Both the position numbers and the translations under genes were made by a program. A DNA stretch of 43,405 nt from Paraphysomonas bandaiensis (Eukaryota > Protista > Chrysophyceae): positions 1 through 43,405 of the forward strand of contig CBFFRP010000213.1 in NCBI GenBank assembly GCA_965644295.1, given 5' to 3'. This document shows, in pieces, positions 10,799 to 20,400 of the stretch. The notes below the pieces were generated by a model. It searched no databases, was not told the DNA's origin, and saw only the letters and a program-made list of their open reading frames with translations. Numbering within the stretch: position 1 is the stretch's first letter; each line of letters starts with the position of its first letter.

Positions 10799-10887
10799 TC
10801 AAGGTCGGGAATCGCCGAAGCGATCCCTTCTCAAGATAGAAGTTGGATTGGTTCTACCAGTGGAACCATCCTCAGCCTTCAGGAAAG

Positions 10888-11204
10888 TGTAGGACTATCC
10901 ACTTACATATAGAATATATACGTGTACATGTCCTGTATTATATGATTAGTAGTACAGTACTGTATTGTATACGTGTACCATGTAGTTAGGAATACAAACT
11001 GTAGGGAATGTGATTGTTGGGATTAGCAATAGCCGTTGATATTGTAGACAGTATTATTAGCCGTTGATATTGTAGACAGTATTATTAGCCGTTGATATTG
11101 TAGACAGTATTATTCATGATTCATTATACGATAATAATCATTATTTTGTACTTCTGTACTTGGGTATTGCTTTGCACACATACACATATGTATGCAAGCC
11201 CACA
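10888..11204 (+). repeat. B1 5' LTR (317 bp), containing a 28-bp x3 tandem repeat at 11031-11114
   Basis: TG...CA ends; matches the reverse complement of 17429-17745 and 22695-23011. Confidence 0.95.
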
Positions 11205-11253
11205 GTAATATTACTTAATAAGTAGTACTCAATCTCTGTGATATAACAATATT

Positions 11254-14200
11254 ATGGGGGAAAGTAAGAGAAGCAAAATAAAAGCAGCTCCTCAAATAGA
11301 GGAATTGTTAGCTGCTTCGGGTTCTTCGTCTAAAAAGACGAAAAGAGAGAGAGAATCCTCTCGGAAACGAGCAAGAGATGCAACAACATCATCTCAAATG
11401 CAATCTTCTCCTCAAACTGAAACATCAGTAGAGGCGGAAGGAGAATTGAGTGGAGTATCATTTCGTGAGCTCTCTTCTTCTCAACCAAAGAGAAAGAAGC
11501 AAAGGAGTGGAGATCCGCACCCCAACAGGAGTGAGCGTATTGACTTGAATGAAGTCATTGCGACGGAATCCACTCCACATGAAGTAATCAATACCGACTC
11601 TATTCCCTACTTAGGTAGTGTGCAAGATGAGGATATCATCGAATTTTGTGAAAATCTCTCGAAAAGAGATCCTAAAGGGACAAAATTCATAAGGTCAGAA
11701 ATCATGGCACCAACAGTGCGTGATATGCTTCAGTTTCAGCGACAGCAGGATTTTGGAGATGAGTCTGACGAGGACTGGCTAGATCCAAACATTGTAACTA
11801 CTGAGGAATTGATTCAGTGGTTAAAGCAAGCCTTTCTAGAGGAAGAGGAGCGATACTCTGATACATTGGAGCCTCTTCCTAGGTTCATAGATAATATCAT
11901 TGGACCAAAGGTTAAGGTGGATATTCATGTTCCTAAAGTATTCTTAAAAGAATATGGACGTCTGAATGAGCTTTATAAGCTCATTCCGGAGGCAAGTCTC
12001 ACAGAGGTAGCCTCGGATACCATAGTCAAAACCCTCAAGAAAAACATTAAACTTGTGGGCGGACATTCCTTCAGAAAGGATGCCAAAGAGAAATTTATAG
12101 CGGATATAGGCCAAGGTCAATCTGCACCAAAAGATTTCGGAGCATTCTGTAGAAAGGTGCGAGAGCTTAACAATGACTATAGTCAAGCTGTGAGAAAAGT
12201 AAAGAGGATGGAAACTAAATTGGATTCCAAAGAAACGTCTAAGTCTAACAAGTCTAAGACTACAAAAACTTCATCCTCCAGCTCATCCTCAAGTACTAAA
12301 GCGACAACTGATACTAAGGAAGCATGTTGGATATGCGGTAATCTTCATAAAGGTGACTGCACCCGCAAAACCTGTGCATGGGCTAACCATGAAAAGAAGC
12401 CATGGAAAGATTCCACACAGGGCAAAAAATATGCGGCTATGGGTTGGAGTACCTGCCCTTATGTGGAGAATCCTGATGGTCCTCCGAGATCGAAAACAAG
12501 TAAGTTATCATGCCCTAAGTGTTTATATATAAATGCTATTGACATGAATAATGATATGCTCGATGTCTTTGTATATCCTAAAGCTGATGTCAATGTACAA
12601 CAGGTAAAGGAAAATCTAAGGGCTAAAGCCTTATTGGACACGGGGGCTACTGGGAATAATTTCATTAACCAAGAACTTGCTGATATGTTAGTTGCTAGGT
12701 ATAATATTCCATTGCACGAGTGTAACATTAAAATTTGTAGTGCGCTTGATAATGCTTGTTGTAGTAGCAAGCAATATATGATAATAACTATAAGATTAAC
12801 TGATGAGTATAACAATACTCTTGATATTGAGTTGCAATGTTTGATAATAGATAGCACCTTTGATATCATAATTGGTAGAGAAACTATCAAGAAATATAGA
12901 TTAGTTGATCATTTTCCATCTCACTTTATGGAAAGAGAGTTAGCAGGGAAAATGCTAGCTACGGCCGCGGGCCATGCTGAGAAGACTCAGCTTCTCTCGG
13001 AACATATTAGTGAGAGAACCACAGTGTCGGATATGCCAATGGATGTTCCACCTTTTGAATTAGAGGTAGATAGGGATGCTTGGGAACAACCAAAACATTG
13101 TGGTCCGCCACGAAAGATGGATCGAGTACGACAGTATGCTTGTAAAAAGCAAATCGATACATTTGTGGAGCATGGAATAATACAACCAAGTACGGCTCCT
13201 TATTATAGCCAGGTATTATTAGTTCCCAAACCAAATGATAAATGGCGATTCTGTGTAGACTATAAAGGTCTAAACAAGCACACACAGAGGGAACGTTGGC
13301 CAATACCTAACATCAAAGAAATGTTAGAACGTATTGGGTCTAAGAAACCCAAATACTTCATAATTCTGGATTTAGTATCTGGTTATTACCAGGCTAAAAT
13401 TTCAGAGTACTCGAGGAAGTGGACGGCATTTATAACCTTCTGGGGAGTATTCGAATGGCTCCGACTACCCATGGGTTTGAGTGGTGCTCCATCATACTTT
13501 CAACGAGTATTAACAACAATTGTGCTTGCCGGGTTGATTATGTTCATATGTGAATTATATCTAGATGACCTGATTATATATGCTTCTACAGAAGATGAAC
13601 TAATTGAAAATTACGTTAAAGTTCTAGAACGCTTCAGGAAATACAATGTTTACATTAATCCTGAGAAAGTGAAAATAGGAGAGTCCGAAGTACAATATGT
13701 AGGACATACTCTAAATGAGGAAGGGTTACACTTTACTAGAGAACGTCTGGATAGTGTATTAAATTTCCCAAAGCCTGAAACTATGAAGGGTCTAAAATCT
13801 TTCCTCGGATTGGCAAATTATTTTCGGGATCACGTGCACAACCACTCCTTAGTGGTGAGACCGTTAAATAAAATGCTTCTCAACTATCATAGACGTAAAC
13901 GTCTACAATGGACAGAGGATGCCAATGAAGCATTTGAAAAGATCAAATTGATGATCCATGAATGTCCAACATTATTTTTCATTGATGACGAGTCACCAAT
14001 ATATTTATTGACCGATGCATCTGATTATGGAATAGGAGCATACCTCTACCAAGTAGTAGATGGTGTAGAACGTCCAATAGGATTTCTCAGTAAAACATTC
14101 GATGAAAGAATGATGAATTGGGATACACCTCAGAAAGAAGGATATGCTAAATACTATGCCTTAGATAAATGGGACTACCTATTAAGGTATAGATACTTTA

Positions 14201-15768
14201 CGATCAAAACAGATCATAAAAATATTACTCAGTTGAGAACTGATTACGCTAAGGATAAGAAAGTTCAGCGATGGTTGAAATGTTTCCAAGCATATGATTA
14301 TGATCTATGTGATATTAAAGGATCTGATAATGTTGTTGCTGATGCATTTAGTAGACTATGTGCATTAGAATCTAAAATGACAACAAAATGTGCTTCCCTA
14401 ATTCCCGATATTAAAGTTCCAAACAAGGAATGGGAAATTATTAAAAGATTTCATAACAATGTTACAGGTCATCATGGTATTGATCGTACAATACAAAAAT
14501 TACGAGACAATGGTCATAAATGGTCAAAGCAAGGGGCACATGTGACAAAATTTATTAAAACTTGTCCTTGTTGTCAAAAGATGAGTAGAATTAAACCAAT
14601 AATTAATGCTCATCCCTTTACTGTCTCAACATATGGCCCGATGCAAAGAATAGCAGTGGATTTTATTCAGAGTCTGCATCCAGATGAGGATGGATACACT
14701 AATATATTAGTGATTATCGATTCCTTTTCTAGGTGGGTAGAATTAATCCCTACTAAGAATCTCACTGCCATGGCGGCGGCAAAGGGATTGCTTCAACACC
14801 TGGGTAGATATGGAGCACCTATTGAGATTCATTCGGATCTTGGACCAGCATTTGTGGATGATTTAACAAAATCATTGATAGAAATGGTTGGAAGTAATCA
14901 ATCATTTTCGATGGCGTATTCTAAAGAAGAAAATGCTATAGTTGAACGTGCTAATAAAGAAATTTTAAGGCACTTAAGGAATATTATATTTGATAAAAAT
15001 GTACTAAATAATTGGTCAATGTATCTACCTTTAGTACAAAGAATTATGAATTCTTCTAAACATAGAAGCACCGGCGTTACTCCCGCTAGTATTCTATTTG
15101 GGAATGCAGTAGATTTAGATAAAAGTTTATTCATTGAACACAATGAGTACTTGGACGGGAACGAACAAAAGCTATCACATTGGATAGATAGAATACAAAA
15201 GGTTCAGTCCACTATTATGGATATTGCAAGACGAAATCTTCGCAAACATGATGAAATCCACATGGCAACTGCACCAAATATACAAACAAAAGAATTTCCA
15301 ATAAATTCTTATGTGTTAGTTGAGCATAGACAAAATGCTTTACGTCCTGGACCGGCAAGTAAGTTATTACCATATCTTAAAGGTCCAATGCGAGTAGTCA
15401 ATGTTATTGGAGATAAATATACTCTTCAAGATATTGTTACTAAACGTAATAAAGACTATCATATAAAGAAATTAAGGGAATTTAATTACGATCCCTCTAC
15501 TATTGACCCCTTACAAGTGGCATGTAAAGATGGTGGAAACTTTTATGCTATTGACCATATTTCAAAAATAAAAGGTCGAGCTAAAGGTCCGAAAAGTCAA
15601 ATAAAATTTCTAGTACATTGGATAGGGTATGAAAAACCTACATGGGAACCATGGGCTAACGTTAGAAAAACGTATGCTCTACAAAATTTCCTAACTCAAC
15701 ATCCTGATGAAAATGTAAGAAATTTACTACCTCGAAATGTGGTTTATTCTTCTGATGAAGAAGATTAA
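11254..15768 (+). CDS. gag-pol: B1 Gag-Pol polyprotein (1504 aa; lacks 106 aa present in B2)
   Basis: Cys/His knuckle-like CWICGNLHKGDC; LLDTGA; YLDD; TDASD; HHCC and DDE integrase; chromodomain KFLVHWIGYEKPTWEP. Confidence 0.95.
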   Translation: MGESKRSKIKAAPQIEELLAASGSSSKKTKRERESSRKRARDATTSSQMQSSPQTETSVEAEGELSGVSFRELSSSQPKRKKQRSGDPHPNRSERIDLNEVIATESTPHEVINTDSIPYLGSVQDEDIIEFCENLSKRDPKGTKFIRSEIMAPTVRDMLQFQRQQDFGDESDEDWLDPNIVTTEELIQWLKQAFLEEEERYSDTLEPLPRFIDNIIGPKVKVDIHVPKVFLKEYGRLNELYKLIPEASLTEVASDTIVKTLKKNIKLVGGHSFRKDAKEKFIADIGQGQSAPKDFGAFCRKVRELNNDYSQAVRKVKRMETKLDSKETSKSNKSKTTKTSSSSSSSSTKATTDTKEACWICGNLHKGDCTRKTCAWANHEKKPWKDSTQGKKYAAMGWSTCPYVENPDGPPRSKTSKLSCPKCLYINAIDMNNDMLDVFVYPKADVNVQQVKENLRAKALLDTGATGNNFINQELADMLVARYNIPLHECNIKICSALDNACCSSKQYMIITIRLTDEYNNTLDIELQCLIIDSTFDIIIGRETIKKYRLVDHFPSHFMERELAGKMLATAAGHAEKTQLLSEHISERTTVSDMPMDVPPFELEVDRDAWEQPKHCGPPRKMDRVRQYACKKQIDTFVEHGIIQPSTAPYYSQVLLVPKPNDKWRFCVDYKGLNKHTQRERWPIPNIKEMLERIGSKKPKYFIILDLVSGYYQAKISEYSRKWTAFITFWGVFEWLRLPMGLSGAPSYFQRVLTTIVLAGLIMFICELYLDDLIIYASTEDELIENYVKVLERFRKYNVYINPEKVKIGESEVQYVGHTLNEEGLHFTRERLDSVLNFPKPETMKGLKSFLGLANYFRDHVHNHSLVVRPLNKMLLNYHRRKRLQWTEDANEAFEKIKLMIHECPTLFFIDDESPIYLLTDASDYGIGAYLYQVVDGVERPIGFLSKTFDERMMNWDTPQKEGYAKYYALDKWDYLLRYRYFTIKTDHKNITQLRTDYAKDKKVQRWLKCFQAYDYDLCDIKGSDNVVADAFSRLCALESKMTTKCASLIPDIKVPNKEWEIIKRFHNNVTGHHGIDRTIQKLRDNGHKWSKQGAHVTKFIKTCPCCQKMSRIKPIINAHPFTVSTYGPMQRIAVDFIQSLHPDEDGYTNILVIIDSFSRWVELIPTKNLTAMAAAKGLLQHLGRYGAPIEIHSDLGPAFVDDLTKSLIEMVGSNQSFSMAYSKEENAIVERANKEILRHLRNIIFDKNVLNNWSMYLPLVQRIMNSSKHRSTGVTPASILFGNAVDLDKSLFIEHNEYLDGNEQKLSHWIDRIQKVQSTIMDIARRNLRKHDEIHMATAPNIQTKEFPINSYVLVEHRQNALRPGPASKLLPYLKGPMRVVNVIGDKYTLQDIVTKRNKDYHIKKLREFNYDPSTIDPLQVACKDGGNFYAIDHISKIKGRAKGPKSQIKFLVHWIGYEKPTWEPWANVRKTYALQNFLTQHPDENVRNLLPRNVVYSSDEED

Positions 15769-16097
15769 TAACAAAGTTTACAGAATTGAGTGTCAATATA
15801 ACACATTAACACATCAATTATAAGGGGAGGTAGTATAAGACTATTGAGCTTACATACCGACTACATACGTCAACATGTCCTGTAGTGTATGCTCAGTAGC
15901 ACTGTACTGAATTGTATGTGTACCATGTAGTTAGGAATGCAACTGTAGGGCATTGTTGCATTGATTAGCCATAGCAGACATCTGCCGTCAGTGCTATTAG
16001 CCGTTAATATTCTAGACAGATTACTCTGATACTACACGTATCACCAGCAGGTTGTATCCTGTAGATAGAATTGCCATACACAAGACAACCTCTATGC

Positions 16098-17428
16098 TCA
16101 TTAACAACTGCTGTAGGATCAGGTTCCAGATCCTGCGATGAAGTAACGTCCTTGGCTGAGCCACGACGTAAATCCACGTTACCCTCTTCATCATCTGAAG
16201 AACTAGGGTATTCGAGATTTATCTGCTCCGGACCTCGATCAAAATCCGAATCATCAGAAACATATCCATCAATGTGAGTGAGAGCATGTGAATCTCTGTT
16301 ATTCCGATGATCATAGTCCTTGTAAGAAGTAGACCGCATCGGAGACGGATGTTTCTCATTATTCTTGGAAAACAAATCCCTTTTCCGTTTGTTGTACTCA
16401 TCAAGTTTGTTTTTAGCCTCAATGTTAGCCTCAAACGGTAACTGACGAGCTGCTAAGCAAATCTGATAATGATCTACTAAAATGGCCGTAAATTCATCGA
16501 AAAACTCGTTCATCGTGTCAAACTGTAGTTTATTCATGCACCCAAAGACATAACGAACATAATCCCTATCGTTCAAGTTTTTGAATAGTCTTACGAGCCC
16601 ATATTCTTTGTCATCTACTCTGGGACACCAATCCTTATTAAACTCCAACATAATGGATAACATGGTTCGAAACAAATCAATAAGTTTCAACTGTTGGAAG
16701 TAAAACTGTTCGAACGTGACAGTTGTCACTTTCCTCCACTCCATGATCTTTATGTGTCTAAGAGAATCTCGTAGCTCCTCATAGAATCCCACACAATTAA
16801 AAACCCGAGTTTCCTTTGCAATTACACGCAGTAAGTCGGACAAATCCATCTCTGAAATCTCCGCATGACCGAGATGATACACTTCTCTTAGATGATCTCT
16901 TAATTCTCCAGAGACAACCTTTTGTAGACGCACAGTGGTCTGTTCCTCTTCTTGAAAATCCAAGATTTGTTTGACAGCTCTAGCCACTTTAGAAAGCTTT
17001 AGTTCATTGATACGAACTTTGCAAGTCCTTTCCTCACGCATTACAACAGTCTGTTGCACATTTGGAAGGTTGGCATTCTTTTTCAATTCCCTGAACAGCT
17101 TCCCAGGTTTCTTGCCTCCTAACAAAGCTTGAGTTCTAGTAGGGAATTCAGAAGCCACCTGCTGATCACCATCTTCCTCAGCATTGCCATTTGACTGAGC
17201 AGTAGAAGTATCTTCCTCCTCCAACAATTCTCTTACAGACTCATCCCGCCAAGGAGTGCGATAGTGCTCCGCTAAATTATGCAGAGTAGAGTATCTCCTC
17301 GTATCACGTTTCTTTACCGGTTTCGGCAACGTGTCAGGAACTGTAGGTGTTCCTTTCGTAACTGTTTCATCTGCCCCTGGGATATTTTGATCTTCCCTTA
17401 GAATCGTGGGGCTCTGCGCTCTAGAGCC
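16098..17428 (-). pseudogene. gag: Element A gag, central part (N-terminus at 23012-23219, probable C-terminal tail at 10799-10887)
   Basis: Removing B2 plus one agcc TSD joins ...RGTPVG to SRAQSPT... in frame. It lies between the 5' LTR and pol. Confidence 0.8.
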
Positions 17429-20400
17429 TGTGGGCTTGCATACATATGTGTATGTGTGCAAAGCAATACCCAAGTACAGAAGTACAAAATAATGATTATT
17501 ATCGTATAATGAATCATGAATAATACTGTCTACAATATCAACGGCTAATAATACTGTCTACAATATCAACGGCTAATAATACTGTCTACAATATCAACGG
17601 CTATTGCTAATCCCAACAATCACATTCCCTACAGTTTGTATTCCTAACTACATGGTACACGTATACAATACAGTACTGTACTACTAATCATATAATACAG
17701 GACATGTACACGTATATATTCTATATGTAAGTGGATAGTCCTACACTACCTCCCCTTATAATTGATGTGTTAATGTGTTATATTGACACTCAATTCTGTA
17801 AACTTTGTTATTAATCTTCTTCATCAGAAGAATAAACCACATTTCGAGGTAGTAAATTTCTTACATTTTCATCAGGATGTTGAGTTAGGAAATTTTGTAG
17901 AGCATACGTTTTTCTAACGTTAGCCCATGGTTCCCATGTAGGTTTTTCATACCCTATCCAATGTACTAGAAATTTTATTTGACTTTTCGGACCTTTAGCT
18001 CGACCTTTTATTTTTGAAATATGGTCAATAGCATAAAAGTTTCCACCATCTTTACATGCCACTTGTAAGGGGTCAATAGTAGAGGGATCGTAATTAAATT
18101 CCCTTAATTTCTTTATATGATAGTCTTTATTACGTTTAGTAACAATATCTTGAAGAGTATATTTGTCTCCAATAACATTGACTACTCGCATTGGACCTTT
18201 AAGATATGGTAATAACTTACTTGCCGGTCCAGGACGTAAAGCATTTTGTCTATGCTCAACTAACACATAAGAATTTATTGGAAATTCTTTTGTTTGTATA
18301 TTTGGTGCAGTTGCCATGTGGATTTCATCATGTTTGCGAAGATTTCGTCTTGCAACATCCATAATAGTGGACTGAACCTTTTGTATTCTATCTATCCAAT
18401 GTGATAGCTTTTGTTCGTTCCCGTCCAAGTTCTCATTGTGTTCAATGAATAAACTCTTATCTAAATCTACTGCATTCCCAAATAGAATACTAGCGGGAGT
18501 AACGCCGGTGCTTCTATGTTTAGAAGAATTCATAATTCTTTGTACTAAAGGTAGATACATTGACCAATTATTTAGTACATTTTTATCAAATATAATATTT
18601 CTTAAGTGCCTTAAAATTTCTTTATTAGCACGTTCCACTATAGCATTTTCTTCTTTAGAATACGCCATCGAAAATGATTGATTACTTCCAACCATTTCTA
18701 TCAATGATTTTGTTAAATCATCCACAAATGCTGGTCCAAGATCCGAATGAATCTCAATAGGTGCTCCATATCTACCCAGGTGTTGAAGCAATCCCCTTTG
18801 CCGCCGCCATGGCAGTGAGATTCTTAGTAGGGATTAATTCTACCCACCTAGAAAAAGAATCGATAATCACTAATATATTAGTGTATCCATCCTCATCTGG
18901 ATGCAGACTCTGAATAAAATCCACTGCTATTCTTTGCATCGGGCCATATGTTGAGACAGTAAAGGGATGAGCATTAATTATTGGTTTAATTCTACTCATC
19001 TTTTGACAACAAGGACAAGTTTTAATAAATTTTGTCACATGTGCCCCTTGCTTTGACCATTTATGACCATTGTCTCGTAATTTTTGTATTGTACGATCAA
19101 TACCATGATGACCTGTAACATTGTTATGAAATCTTTTAATAATTTCCCATTCCTTGTTTGGAACTTTAATATCGGGAATTAGGGAAGCACATTTTGTTTC
19201 CATTTTAGATTCTAATGCACATAGTCTACTAAATGCATCAGCAACAACATTATCAGATCCTTTAATATCACATAGATCATAATCATATGCTTGGAAACAT
19301 TTCAACCATCGCTGAACTTTCTTATCCTTAGCGTAATCAGTTCTCAACTGAGTAATATTTTTATGATCTGTTTTGATCGTAAAGTATCTATACCTTAATA
19401 GGTAGTCCCATTTATCTAAGGCATAGTATATAGCATATCCTTCTTTCTGAGGTGTATCCCAATTCATCATTCTTTCATCGAATGTTTTACTGAGAAATCC
19501 TATTGGACGTTCTACACCATCTACTACTTGGTAGAGGTATGCTCCTATTCCATAATCAGATGCATCGGTCAATAAATATATTGGTGACTCGTCATCAATG
19601 AAAAATAATGTTGGACATTCATGGATCATCAATTTGATCTTTTCAAATGCTTCATTGGCATCCTCTGTCCATTGTAGACGTTTACGTCTATGATAGTTGA
19701 GAAGCATTTTATTTAACGGTCTCACCACTAAGGAGTGGTTGTGCACGTGATCCCGAAAATAATTTGCCAATCCGAGGAAAGATTTTAGACCCTTCATAGT
19801 TTCAGGCTTTGGGAAATTTAATACACTATCCAGACGTTCTCTAGTAAAGTGTAACCCTTCCTCATTTAGAGTATGTCCTACATATTGTACTTCGGACTCT
19901 CCTATTTTCACTTTCTCAGGATTAATGTAAACATTGTATTTCCTGAAGCGTTCTAGAACTTTAACGTAATTTTCAATTAGTTCATCTTCTGTAGAAGCAT
20001 ATATAATCAGGTCATCTAGATATAATTCACATATGAACATAATCAACCCGGCAAGCACAATTGTTGTTAATACTCGTTGAAAGTATGATGGAGCACCACT
20101 CAAACCCATGGGTAGTCGGAGCCATTCGAATACTCCCCAGAAGGTTATAAATGCCGTCCACTTTCTCGAGTACTCTGAAATTTTAGCCTGGTAATAACCA
20201 GATACTAAATCCAGAATTATGAAGTATTTGGGTTTCTTAGACCCAATACGTTCTAACATTTCTTTGATGTTAGGTATTGGCCAACGTTCCCTCTGTGTGT
20301 GCTTGTTTAGACCTTTATAGTCTACACAGAATCGCCATTTATCATTTGGTTTGGGAACTAATAATACCTGGCTATAATAAGGAGCCGTACTTGGTTGTAT

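Larger units (their letters stand above)
10888..16097 (+). mobile_element. Ty3/gypsy chromodomain element B, copy B1 (3' LTR garbled)
   Basis: 5' LTR 10888-11204, single gag-pol ORF and PPT taaggggaggtag (15821-15833), followed by a heavily mismatched LTR-like tract. No right-hand TSD (aaag) was recovered. Confidence 0.92.

Noticed and set aside
10799-10801. UGA reassigned to Trp (alternative genetic code)
   Set aside because: TGA terminates other ORFs here (e.g. 31817-31819), and the long ORFs use TGG with no internal TGA.
11031-11114. 28-bp x3 repeat as a CRISPR or iteron array
   Set aside because: No spacers; it is an internal part of every intact B LTR.
17429-17473. Start of the 489-aa ORF (MGIALHTYTYVCKPT)
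   Set aside because: Derived from the B2 LTR; the real gag start is at 23219.
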